From: Atractiella rhizophila
Lineage: Eukaryota
Assembly (NCBI GenBank): GCA_021432655.1
Contig: MU271225.1
Coordinates: 62,001-100,013, forward strand
Length of the DNA stretch: 38,013 nucleotides
Reading direction: 5' to 3'
Shown here piece after piece: positions 1-11,399 of the stretch. Under the pieces are notes generated by a model, which was not told the DNA's origin, made no database searches, and was given only the letters and a program-made list of their open reading frames with translations. A program made the translations under genes and the position numbers. Positions within the stretch are counted from its first letter, which is position 1; each line of letters starts with the position of its first letter.

Positions 1-3000
1 TCTTCTGGAATCTCCTGCTTCTATTGCCGAACGGTTCTTACCCATCGACTATATGGCGAACGTTTCTGCTCTCCACTCCTCCACATTTTCCGACCTCGAT
101 TCAAAAACTCGCTCATTCCCTTTACGAGCTACGATGCCGTTATACCTCCTACGGCTTTCCGCTTCCTCGCACGTGAACACCCAGATATCCCTTCCATATC
201 TGTGGATTGCTACGTCGACTCGGCTGCAACAGTTCACATGTCCGGATCCACCGAACTGTTCGATGACCTCCAGCCGATATTACCTCCTGTCTTCGTTGGT
301 GGCGAGTTTGGGAGTGGCGGATTCGCGACCCACATGGGCAGAGTTCGACCACTTCTTGAGGATCAAAGCGGGCTCTCGATTTCCCAAGCGGATTTTGGCA
401 CCGGTCTCTACGTCCGTGGACTCGGTGTCACTCTGGTATCTCATTTCGACCTCATGTGCCGTGGGATCCGATTTACCAACGACCGCAAACACCTCTTCTT
501 TCGTCGTGAAGATGGTAGACACTTTGGTATGGCAAAGTTCGGCCAGTCGCAGATAGGACTCCAGGCAAGATCCCCCTCCCTACCTATCCAAATAGCAAAC
601 ATAGCTCACTCAAGCCCGTCTGCTTTTGCAGTTACGAATTCCAAAATGTGGCATTCATGTTTAGGTCACATTGGTGCCAAACACTGGCGGGAGCTATGTA
701 CGGGAGATTGGGGTACAGGATTCGATTGTAATCAAACCACGTTTGAATCCTGTACTATCTGCGCGGCTGGGAAATCGAAAGCACGTCCGAATCGAAGGAC
801 CACAACAACATCTTTGTTCACGAAAGGTGAACGGATTGATTGTGACTTGTGGGGTCCCGCACCAGTACCTGCATTGCAGAGTGGCTACCGTTATGGACTC
901 GGAATCGTAGAAGAGTCCACTGCCATGATATGGTGGATTCCCCTACGACTCAAGTCACATGCCGCCACAGCTCTGAGAATGTGATCACAGAGACGGAACG
1001 TCGTCATGGCGTTAAGGTGAAGATCCTGTGAAGCGATAACGGCGGGGAGTTCAAGTCAGTCATTTTCAAATCTTTCATACAGAAATCAGGTATCACTCAC
1101 GAGACTTCAATTCCATACGTTCACAACCAAATGGGGTTTATGGAACGACGTTGGTATACAATATTCAATGTAGCTTGCACAATTCTCTTGGAATCTGGTT
1201 TGCCTTTATCTTTCTGGGAGAAAGCAGTTCAGTTTGCTGTTCACACTTTAAATCATCTATCCACATTTTGGCACAGATCTTGGAAATGTCCTTTGAAATT
1301 ATGGACAGGCATAGCCCCTGATGTTTCTTCTCTTCGTACTTTTGGCTGCTTAGCTATTGTTCACATTCCAAAGGAGAGGCAGATATCGAAACTCCATCCG
1401 AGAGGGGCACGAGGATACTTCGTAGGATATCTGCCTGGCGTGAAGGGTTGGCTCTTTTGGGTACCGTCGCAAAAGCGATTTGTGGAAGCGAAGGATGTCA
1501 GATGCTTCGAAGATCAGTTTTATCGGGATCGGAGTGTGGAGGATACAGAACGCCTAAGTGACTGGACTCTCGACAAGTTCATGCCCTCTGAGTTTCATAG
1601 CTTAGCTGACAAGGTTCCCGTTAACATTCCAGGCCCTGACGAAGTAGTACCGCCCACCACACCATCCAATAACCCTTCCGTACAACTTCCTCCTTCCAAA
1701 CCCACCACGACGTCTTCACCTACCCCAGATATTCATATTCGGACGGAGTTAGATAACGTTGAGGGAGGGTTGCTGAGTCCTACCGCAAGCGAAGAAGCTG
1801 TGCAGGCACAAATGGTCCCTGTTAGACAAGTACACAAGCGTATACCACAACACTCACCTGCCCCATATCCACCCCCAAACCAACGTCCACAATGTGATAT
1901 ATCGCGAGTCGATTATACTGCCCAGCTGAAGGGTAAGCCGTCAAACCAAAAGGGAGGAACCATACACATTCCAACTACTTTCTTGATGCACACTTCCGAT
2001 CCACTGACCAAGATTTCATTCCCTCACTAGCAAGCAGGAAGATGGCGTCTGCCGTACGCTCATCTTTACAATCATCAATCTCAGGTGAAGGCGAGGACGT
2101 GAGACGCTGGCAGGTGTTTGCGGCTAATGTGAAATGGACAGGTAGTCTAGACGAACCGTCTTTCAAACAAGCGCTCGCTGGGCCTAATGCTGAGAAATGG
2201 TGGGAGGCGATCTTGGCGAAGATAGTGGCGTTGAAAAATATGGGAACATGGGATGAGGAACCTGTTCCACTGCCCTTTGGCAAGAAAGCAGTGGGTTGCA
2301 AATGGGTCTTGCTGATAAAGAGGGATCTAGATGGAAGCATTATCAAGTACAAGGCACAACTCGTTGCTCAGGGTGACACACAGACTGATGGAGTAGATTT
2401 CGAAGACACCTTCGCTCCTACCGTGCGTTTAGTATCTATTTGCGCTATTCTTTCTCTCGCAGCGTCCAGACGCATGAAGTTAGGACAATTCGACGTCAGC
2501 AATGCGTTCTTGAATGGAATACTGGGTGAGGAAGTATATCTTCGTCAGCCTCAAGGTTTTGTCGACCTGCAACGGCCTGCTCACGTTTACAGATTGCGAA
2601 ATACCTTATATGGCCTACGGCAGGCAGGCAAGGGATGGAACGATACCACCCACGTGTTCTTTATCGACCAAGGATTTACACGTTTGGATGCAGACCATGG
2701 GGTATATTTTAAAAATGATGGAGAGGGACTGACTATTGTAGCTATTCACGTTGATGACCGTCTTGTCGTGGCGTCCACTCACACACTCATCGAGAAACTG
2801 TATACTGCGCTTCGCTCGTGATTCAAAATAACGACGTCGCTGGTTGGGAATTTCCTAGGCATGAACATAACATGGGATGAAGAGAGAAGTATTATTACCT
2901 TGGACCAGGAAGCTTATGTGCGCAGATGCATTGAAAAGTATGGGTTGCAGGATATGAAACCGACTAAGACACCATGCGACATCGAACGATCGGGTAACAG

Positions 3001-3715
3001 AGTCTTGGTTGCCCAGACTGATGGTGAAAGGGAGTATATGAAAAGGATTCCTTACCGGGAAGCTGTGGGAGCACTGATCTATGCTGCAGTAAACACTCGA
3101 CCAGACATTGCATTCGCTGTGAACAGGGCAGCACGATACAACGCCAATCCTGGGCGCTGCCACTGGACGATGGTTCAAAGGATATTCAGATACCTTTTAG
3201 GCACACTGGATTTCAAACTCATTTGGGACACAACGGGTAGCACAACCCTTGAAGGTTTTTCTGACTCTGACCATGCTGCTGACTTGGATACTAGACGCTT
3301 GATATCTGGCGTTGTGTTTCGCCTGGGACGCTCAGCAATATCATGGATATCCAAGATGCAACCAACAGTCACGATATCCTCAACTGAGTCTGAGTACATC
3401 GCACTCTCGACAGCGGCAACGGAGGCGATGTGGCTACGGGCGCTGTTATCACAGCTTGGTTTTCCTCAACAAAATGTGACAATGATCAGGGGAGACAACC
3501 AGGGATCCCTACTTCTAGCAAAACATCCGTCTAACCATGGTAGGATGAAGCACGTCAATGTGCACTACCACTTTACAAGGGAAAAGGTAGCGTGTGGGGA
3601 GATCGTACTCGAATGGATCCCTACACAAGATATGGTAGCTGATGTGCCGACGAAGGGCCTGGGATACCTACAGCACTCTAAATTGTGTTCCGCTATGGGG
3701 CTGTTGTCTAGTTAG
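1..3715 (+). pseudogene. copia pol polyprotein (PR-IN-RT-RH), disrupted
   Basis: ORF pieces 202-984, 849-1031, 1131-2030, 2042-2821 and 2861-3715. Frameshifts near 973 and ~1960-2030. In-frame TGA at 1029-1031 (VKIL*SDNGGEF) and 2819-2821 (LRS*FKI). Confidence 0.92.
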
Positions 3716-3957
3716 ATGCGTGATTGCAGTGTTCGACTCAGGTTTCCACTCTATTCTCAGAACTTCGGGATTCTGCTACTTCCAGTTTCTAGGCTATTAT
3801 AATTTCATTCTAACTTTTACTCATTTCTATTAATCATCTCAAATATTTTAGGGCAATCCTGACATCACATTTGCATGTTTGGCCACATTAATTTGTTCTC
3901 GTCCTTTTCCCTCCTTTTCCCTTTTCTACTGTTGCTCATTTTGTGTGCCCCACGCCT

Positions 3958-3971
3958 TGAGTGAGGGGTGG
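3958..3971 (+). other. polypurine tract of the copia element
   Basis: TGAGTGAGGGGTGG, G-rich, lies immediately upstream of the LTR start TGTGAG. Confidence 0.65.
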
Positions 3972-4163
3972 TGTGAGAGAGGGACATACCAGATGACTCC
4001 GTTTTACTTCGTCGTTTTCCTTCCCTTCGTTCATTCCCCTCGCTTCGTTTCCCTCTCTCTCTCTTGTTCTCCACTCGTCGGCACGTGTACATAGGGTTAG
4101 GGCCATCACCAAGCTGATTCCCCAGCGTTTCCACCATCTCATTTCGCTGGGGATCAGCTCACA
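3972..4163 (+). repeat. 3' LTR of the copia element (192 bp)
   Basis: Starts TGTGAG and ends CTCACA (6-bp terminal inverted repeat), directly after the PPT. The right TSD would be CAATC; the 5' LTR is outside the window. Confidence 0.75.
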
Positions 4164-4250
4164 CAATCCACCTTCCAAGCAGTTCCAAGCATATAATGGC
4201 GAGCTTGTCCTTGTCACTACGAAAGCCGTCACGCCACGCCATGAAGGAAG

Positions 4251-4600
4251 TGTCAGGTTTGCATCTTATGCAAATCGGCGCCCGTTCGCCCGTTCGCCCA
4301 TTTGCACCTACATCACCACTTAGTCCAATTGTGCCTATCCTCCTCTTATTAACTCCGCGTAATCCCACTGTTACTTCCTCTTCTAGTTCTCTTACCTGTT
4401 TCATCTGCTCTCCTCTACGCTTTGTGGCAGTGTTATTCCGCTTGTATATATAGATCAGAGAGTAGTGGAGGTGACCTTAGAGTATTCTCTTAGGTTTATC
4501 TCCACTACAGGTTAGTCTTCATGTCATATCATGCTCTTAGGTTTATCTCCACTACAGACGCATCGCCCATCAGCGACCGCACATAGTGTCAGCCCTAACA
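4251..4600 (+). mobile_element. solo LTR, family A subtype 1 (350 bp)
   Basis: Ends TGTCAGG...CCTAACA. Perfect 5-bp TSD GGAAG at 4246-4250 and 4601-4605. Homologous to 6702-7009 and, in its 3' part, to 8063-8550. Confidence 0.9.
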
Positions 4601-4629
4601 GGAAGGCATCATGGCCAAACCAACACTGC

Positions 4630-5084
4630 TGTAATGGTTAGGCCACATACATTATAAAAGATACCGGAACCTTCTGGAACCTCTTAGAACAGCCTAGAAC
4701 ATTACTCTGGAATATGGTAGGACAGTCTAGAACATTGTCTGAATAACCTTAACTGCCATCACCTAGAGTGTCTGGAATATTCTGGAACAATTCCGTATCA
4801 CATAAAAGGAGCTCAAACAAGTAAGGATTCCAGACATTCCAACGACCCTACTTCTTCAGCACATTCCAGAGACTGAATCAACACCTCCGCAACCAACCCA
4901 TCGAACCTCTTGTATACATTCCATCTTATAGTACTTCTTCGGAATAACATAAGGATTACTGACAACCAACGGCATCAAGTCTTGTGCCTGGCTTACGAAG
5001 GGATTGTTGTTTAAACCTAGTGTGAAAGAGATCAAAGGACATATACTTTGTAAAGTCTCGTCATGAAACCTTCTAACCTTTACA
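4630..5084 (+). mobile_element. solo LTR, family B (455 bp)
   Basis: Terminal inverted repeats TGTAATGGTTAG / CTAACCTTTACA. Flanks ACTGC / ACTGT form a 4/5 TSD. Internal repeated (C)TAGAAC and CTGGAA motifs. Strand is tentative. Confidence 0.75.
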
Positions 5085-5540
5085 ACTGTACTAAGATCAC
5101 CGCCATTCTTAAGAGTAGGGGTCCACGCCATACCGCCAGGAGGAAGGGATCCACTGCATCCAGAATCTTCTACACCATCTCTCTCAGGAAAGGGCAAGGA
5201 TTGCTGAGGTTTATGTCTCCTGGAGATGTAGGATTATATGCCAATGATGTCATTGAGTGGAGCAAAATCCACAACCGAGTTAAAAGTTGGATCCTACAGA
5301 CAAGGTGCCCAAGAAATTTAAGCTATCTTCACCTTCCAGTGATAATGTACCCCATCCTTGCCCTACACATACCATCACATGAGGGCCATACGCCAAATAT
5401 GGACATGTGTAAGGCAAACGACGTACATACCTTGTAGACGTACAACACATAGCATTTCACTTGAACACCTACAGGATTACATACTTCCCCACAACACATA
5501 ACTCCGCAACCCTGTTTTTAATTCAATTGGAACAAAGAAA

Positions 5541-6188
5541 TGTAGACAAAGGCCAATCCAAGATAGAGCGAGGTCCAATAGGGGGTCCATCTTAACCTTA
5601 AATAAGAAGACAATGGCGATTGAAAAACTGGGCAAGATATAAGGAAATTGGGGCAAAGTAGGACCTAGGAAAGGATGTAGAAGATCAGAGGATGAGGAAG
5701 GAAAGGAGGTTGAGCAAGGTGAAGCGTTGGAGGAAGAGGAAAGCTATAAAAAGAGAAAGTCTAGAGGGAAATATCCTTCCTCACTCGTGCTATAAGCATC
5801 CTATCCTACACCTTCATTTGACTTCTTACTTATTTCTCTCATCCTCAGGTGCTTGCTTTGGGTACTTTGGGCCAATTATAGTGTTGAAAAACACATTTTT
5901 TACATTGCAAAACTCCTGTTTACTATCCTAGATTCCCTTGAATTTGACTCCCTACCCAGATTCCTATTTAGAGAAGTCACCTTAGTCCTTCTTCACTAAA
6001 CTGCTTAGGTGTTTGCCCACCAAATGTTTATTCCCAATTTTTGAACTCTCCCTCTAGTCCAGGATAAGCGACTTCAGTGACTTATCCAACAAGTTTCATT
6101 CCCTGGAATAACTTACTTCCTTTAGTCAGTCTCGTAATGTTGACTTAGGGTCGGTGCTCAAGTGGCATAAATCTTGGCCAAAATAACA
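5541..6188 (+). repeat. possible LTR-like remnant
   Basis: TG...CA candidate ends, a purine-rich first half, TATAAAA near 5745 and a pyrimidine-rich second half. No TSD was found and the boundaries are uncertain. Confidence 0.3.
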
Positions 6189-6701
6189 TCACTCGAACGC
6201 CATCCAACAGCATCAAACCAGCGCTACTTGAGCTTATTAATGATGTTGGATAGTGGTAAAGCGGTGTTAGGATAGTGTTTCCTATTTCATTCAATGGTCT
6301 TTGGATGGGGTATTTATGGTATTCTCATTTCGTTCCACTTTCGTCCCTTTAGTGTTCTCTAGGTTGGAGTTTACTTCAGGGAGGGTTTGCATTTGGGTTA
6401 AATAGTATTATTATTTTGAAAGTAATCATATTACTGCATAATCTATATCTTGCTGCCTCCGCATTCCTCTTCCTCCACTTGTCATTAGTAATGACAACCC
6501 CAAGCTCTCCTCCAAGTTCTACTCCTTCCAAACCTCCCCCTCACCTCCATAGAAACTTCGCAAAGTCAAATAGACAAAGCATTTTGAGGGTTCCTATCAA
6601 TGGCTTGAAGTTCCTTCTCGCTGGGTCAAAGATGGATAAAGGCATAGCAAACCCACATAAGGCATAGGAGAGGCTGAACGGCATCAAGAACGAGCACGTC
6701 C

Positions 6702-7009
6702 TGTCAGGTTTTTATCTTATGCAAATTGGCGCCGGTTTGCATTCTACGAAAATTGGTGCCTATGTCTCCACTTAGCCCAATTGTGTCTATTCTCCTCTTA
6801 TTAACCTTACGTAATCCCACTGTTGCTTTCCCTTTTTGGTTCTCTGACATGTTTCGTCTGCTCTCCTCTACACTTTGTGGCAGTGTTATTCCGCTTGTAT
6901 ATAGATTGGAGAGTAGTGGGGGTGACCTTAGAGTATCCCTCAGGTTTTCTCCACTACAGGTTAGTCTCCTCATGTCATATCATTCTCACACATAGTGTCA
7001 GCCCTAACA
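6702..7009 (+). mobile_element. LTR, family A subtype 1 (308 bp, shorter 3' part)
   Basis: Ends TGTCAGG...GCCCTAACA and is collinear with 4251-4600. It has one rather than two copies of the 'aggttt..ctccactacag' motif. Flanks CGTCC / TTTGC do not form a TSD. Confidence 0.85.
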
Positions 7010-7379
7010 TTTGCGTCAAGAGGCAGTCGACGGAAGGGGTGGGAGAGTGAAGAGAGGAGGCGGGAGGGGAAGTCCACCAGCGAGTCTGGGCCGCTAATTG
7101 TTCCTCTTTTCAGGAGTTCCATGCCATGCAGGTGAAGGCAAAAGCGAGCGACCAGTCAAGCGCTGGAGCGCTGGGGATGAGGGAAAATGGCGACCTAAGA
7201 GCCAAACAAACCGTTAGCTCTACTCACTGAAAAGAGAGAAGAGAAAACACGATAGAAAGCAGGGGAAACCACATACCTTACGTGGCCCAAGCAGAGGTAG
7301 ATCAGTTGTGAGCATGTAAGTGGGAAGGCAACACTTAAAGGTCATAACTCATCGATAAGAAGCCTTGATGGGGCAAATC

Positions 7380-7868
7380 TGTTAGGGCAAACACTATGTG
7401 CGGTCGCCGATGGGCGATGCGTCTGTAGTGGAGGTAAACCTAAGAGGATAGTATGGCATGAGAAGACTAACCTGTAGTGGAGGTAAACCTAAGAGAATAC
7501 TCTGAGGTCACCACCACTACATCTCAATGTATATATACATATGTAAAGGCACTGCATAAACTGTAACATACGTTTCTTGAAACATATAAGATAGCTAGAT
7601 CAGGAAAGCAATAAAGGGAATACTCAGAAATAAGACATACTGAGCAGTACAAGTGAGAAAGGATAATAAGGCAATAATGGAGACGGTGCAGACTGGCGAA
7701 ATGTATAAGGTTTGCTGAGCGGCGATTCATGTGAGATGGGGGAAGGCGGCGGTCAGGGCGAACGTGAGCAAAGCGGCGACGGGTAGGCACGTGATCCTAT
7801 GACGTACTAAAGTAGGTCACGTGACATCAAATGGTGCATTTCGGTAATGCGTAGGGGCAAGCCTAACA
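7380..7868 (-). mobile_element. LTR, family A subtype 2 (489 bp)
   Basis: Near-identical reverse complement of 8063-8550; both encode the spurious ORF MPTRRRFAHVRPD... Confidence 0.9.
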
Positions 7869-8012
7869 GATTCGTGTGAGAAAGGTAAAGTGGCGGACAG
7901 CGTGGGCATGAGTAAAGCGGCGATGGGTAGGCACATGATCCTATGATGTGGTAAAGTGGGTCACGTGACTTCGGATGGTGCATTTCGGTAATGCGTAGGG
8001 GCAAGCCTGATA
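7869..8012 (-). repeat. diverged partial copy (5' ~144 bp) of the subtype-2 LTR
   Basis: Tandem, more diverged repeat of ~7724-7868, ending GTAGGGGCAAGCCTGATA. Confidence 0.85.
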
Positions 8013-8062
8013 CTTAGTGAGTTAGATGTGTTCTGATCCCTTTTGCTTTCAAACTGTGATTT

Positions 8063-8550
8063 TGTCAGGCTTGCCCCTACGCATTACCGAAATGCACCAT
8101 TTGATGTCACGTGACCTACTTTAGTACGTCATAGGATCACGTGCCTACCCGTCGCCGCTTTGCTCACGTTCGCCCTGACCGCCGCCTTCCCCCATCTCAC
8201 ATGAATCGCCGCTCAGCAAACCTTATACATTTCGCCAGTCTGCACCGTCTCCATTTTCGCCTTATTATCCTTTCGCACAAGTACTGCTCAGTATGTCTTA
8301 TTTCCGAGTATTCCCTTTATTGCTTTCCTGATCTAGCTATCTTACATGTGTCAAGAAACATACATTACAGTTTATGGCAGTGCCTTTACATATGTATATA
8401 TACATTGAGATCTAGTGGTGTGACCTTAGAGTATTCTCTTAGGTTTACCTCCACTACAGGTTAGTCTTCTCATGCCATACTATCTCTTAGGTTTGCCTCC
8501 ACTACAGACGCATCGCCCATCGGCGACCGCACATAGTGTTTGCCCTAATA
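8063..8550 (+). mobile_element. LTR, family A subtype 2 (488 bp)
   Basis: Ends TGTCAGGCTTG...GCCCTAATA and forms a ~490-bp inverted repeat with 7380-7868. Confidence 0.9.
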
Positions 8551-8778
8551 CTAAGGAGCAGCCACGTGCCTGCAGGCAGCAGGATGAGCCAGAAGGAGAT
8601 CAGTTGTGAGGAGGTAAGAGGGAGAGAAACACTTATGAGTCACGACACGTCGACTCATTCTGATAAGCACTGCGACGGGGCAAATCGCGTGGTTGAAAGA
8701 GGCAACAAAAGGGATCAGAACATGTCTAACTGGCTAAGGAGCAGCCACATACATCTGCAGGCAGCAGGACAAGCCAGT
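8551..8778. repeat. degenerate ~183-bp tandem repeat (target of the LTR insertions)
   Basis: CTAAGGAGCAGCCAC...CTGCAGGCAGCAGGA occurs at 8551 and 8734. Further pieces of the unit lie at ~7299-7379 and, inverted, at 8013-8062. Confidence 0.75.
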
Positions 8779-9151
8779 GTGTTATTGATTCCCTCATAGT
8801 GTCCTCCTCTAAAGTCCCATCATCCTACACCTAAAAGAAAAACAAGCCAACTTTCCAACACAGGATAACTGCCACGTCAATTTCAACTCACCCTATCCCC
8901 ATGTCTGGCTGCTCAAAGAGAATCATATTTGAATTTGGCGCCAAAATACCGTGTTTTGACGATATTGACGCGTCTACAGATTCCTATCCGTCAGACTGTA
9001 AATGTGAATGTCCTAAGCTTCAAAAGGTGCAGTTGTCCCAGTTTAGTCAATAGGGATATCGAAGTTCATAGGAAGAGTTTGACGTGTTGATTGTGGACGT
9101 AGGGTTGAAATGGTTGACTTTGTTGTTTGGGGCAGCACTGAGCACATTTCC

Positions 9152-9246
9152 ATTACATGTAATGTAATGTAGTGCTTTTTTAATGTAATGTAATGCACTG
9201 TTTTCTCCCATATGTTCCAGTACAAAGTAATGGCATTACCATTACC
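9152..9246. repeat. TAATG/CATTA pentamer cluster
   Basis: cattacatgtaatgtaatgtagtg...taatgtaatgtaatgcactg...gtaatggcattaccattacc. Confidence 0.6.
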
Positions 9247-10083
9247 AGAATCCTGGACTAATGCCTAGTATTGCATAATAATCATTTCTTACATATCACA
9301 TTGTGGGGCACCCAGGTACAATGGTTTCGCTTGGATCTGTTCTTATTTTCTGGTTGCGTTTTCAGGAAGGCATTCAGGTTATGAAGTTCCATCACAGTTG
9401 TTGTTCCAATGGGTGGAAAGCAAGAGAAAGGGGGGGCGCGTGAAACGTTGCCTACATCCGAGCAACAACAATACTCACCTTGCACCAGTTTGGGAATTCA
9501 CCTTCAACCATCTGCCAACTTGTATCTGATACTACCGTCAGTGTATCATCCAATCCATCTTCTGGGTGTCCATCAGTCCCAACGTGTCGACGTTGGGCGA
9601 GCGACGCGACACGTACACGAGAGCGTCCTTCTGTTGCTGAGTGGCGAAAGCAGAACTTGAATGCGGTGAGTTGGATTGACGTCTGAGGATCTCTGCCTAG
9701 CCTGCTAGTCGCTTTTGATACTATACTGGATACTATATCATGGCTGGGTCGTTGCGTCGCTCGTGCGAATACTGCAGCGAATAATGCTGTGGAAACGTCA
9801 ACTGACGGAGCGCATCACTCGCTCATAACACGCAACATGTCCTTATAACGCTCATGATCGTAGAACTCGACAAACTCGCGCTGCTTACCAAATTACTAAT
9901 TAGCTACTACATACACGCTTCCATCGCCAATATTTATCAGAATATTCATCACAGGCGAGCCTTTTCTTCTTCTTGTCGATCGCTCCAATCGCTTCTACAG
10001 AGCGGGTTCTGCCAGTGAATAAGAAATGATGTGCGAGTGCATTAACCAAGGATGGATGAACAGGATCGCCAGACCATCTCAAT

Positions 10084-11399
10084 ATGATCCGTCGCAACGT
10101 CCTCGACTGTCCACCCGAAGTGCTTTCGCTCATCATTGAGCATCTCCTTCCTGCCCGGTTCAATCCCCCCATGACGGGCTTCGACGACGGGGACTCAGAG
10201 ACTCCAAACCTCCAGCGGCTCTCGCTCGTCTGCAAAGCGTTGCGCGAGCTATGCCTGCCATACCTCTTCGACACAGCCTACTTTCAAGCGACCGATCATC
10301 GAAATACGACCTATTCCGACCCTACAAGACCTCACAAGGAGCATGTGTCCATCCTCAGGATCAAGATAGGCGATCATTATACCCACGAGCACTTTCTAAG
10401 GATCGCTAGCATGCTGAAGGACTACATCAGAGATCATAATTGGAGGGAATGCAGCAAGCTTCATACTCTTCAGGTCGCCCTGTTTCCCAACATGACAGAG
10501 AACGACGTCGTCCAGAACGCAATGGAGAGCATCGGTCCAATCATCGAGGAGAATCTGCAACATGTAACGACGGTCATCGTGCGTCTCCACCTCCTCCGTA
10601 AAATCATCTTTTCATTTGGGGCATTGGATGGGAACAGCTCGAAACCAACATGATGCCCTGGTCTTTCCACTTCGCCTTCTCTCTAATCCAAGCCTGTCGG
10701 ACGCGTCTACGCCGCTTAGAATGGATAGACGAGAGCCAAGCCTTCACCGAATACGTCAAGGGCATCTCCAGCCGGCTCTCCGACCTCATCCTGCTATCCG
10801 AAGTCACCTTCAGCCATCTATCCGGGGAATCCCTAACCGAAGTCATTCAGTACGTCGATCTTCCCTCCCCCGTTCTCCAAACCGCTCGACTGACCCTTCC
10901 CTCCCTCCTCCGGCACTTGGGGATCAGTTGGCCACCTTCGGTCCGTCGTTTTCGGCTCCTCGAATCGACCTATTTCGTCCGGAGGGGAATATCGATAGAC
11001 GTCCAATGGATATACAACGCGCTGGACTCCATTTCTCACAATCTACGAGACCTCGAAATAGAGGGGTACCACATCCTAATGCCCCCTGTTCAGGCTTTGG
11101 CTTATCGGTTCGCCCTGCCGAGGTTGAGACGGTTGGTCTTTACGAACGTGGTGCTCCCTTTTAAGGTACTCAGGATGTGGGAGAACAATCCGGTCGAATG
11201 GCTGGAACTCGTTGGCATCACGATGGTCGATTCGGATGGGGAGGAGGATGAGGAGCGCCAGATTTGGCATTGGCAGTCCGGTTATGATCGCCTGAGGGTG
11301 CTATGTGGCGATAGAACGTGGGGTATAAGCCTTGAGTCTCTATTGAAGATCAAGTTGAAGGGGATCACCTTCATGGTCGAGGGAGAAAGAGTGATATGA
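10084..11399 (+). CDS. F-box-like domain protein with LRR/RNI-like C-terminal region
   Basis: N-terminal LDCPPEVLSLIIEHL...LQRLSLVCKALRELCLPYLF motif. ORFs 10084-10653 and 10650-11399 are joined in frame by a GT-AG intron at 10579-10637. Repeated LxxLxL motifs (LHTLQV, LRRLEW, LRDLEI, LRRLVF). Confidence 0.8.

Larger units (their letters stand above)
1..4163 (+). mobile_element. Ty1/copia LTR retrotransposon, 5' part cut off by the window edge, decayed
   Basis: Domain order is protease (DSAATVHM), GAG-pre-integrase/integrase (WHxxLGH, CxxC, DLWGP, SDNGGEF), RT (KAVGCKWV, FDVSNAFLNG, LYGLRQAG, HVDD), RNase H (FSDSDHA, SSTESEY, GDNQ, ADVPTKGL). This order is diagnostic of copia. A PPT and a TG...CA LTR follow. 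Confidence 0.95.

Noticed and set aside
970..1031. Programmed frameshift or readthrough in copia pol
   Set aside because: The breaks fall inside the integrase and RT domains with no slippery site; ordinary decay explains them.
7524..8464. Twin ORFs MPTRRRFAHV... (7524-7790 minus; 8141-8464 plus) as a duplicated gene
   Set aside because: Both lie wholly within the inverted LTR copies and start at GTG; they are by-products of the repeat.
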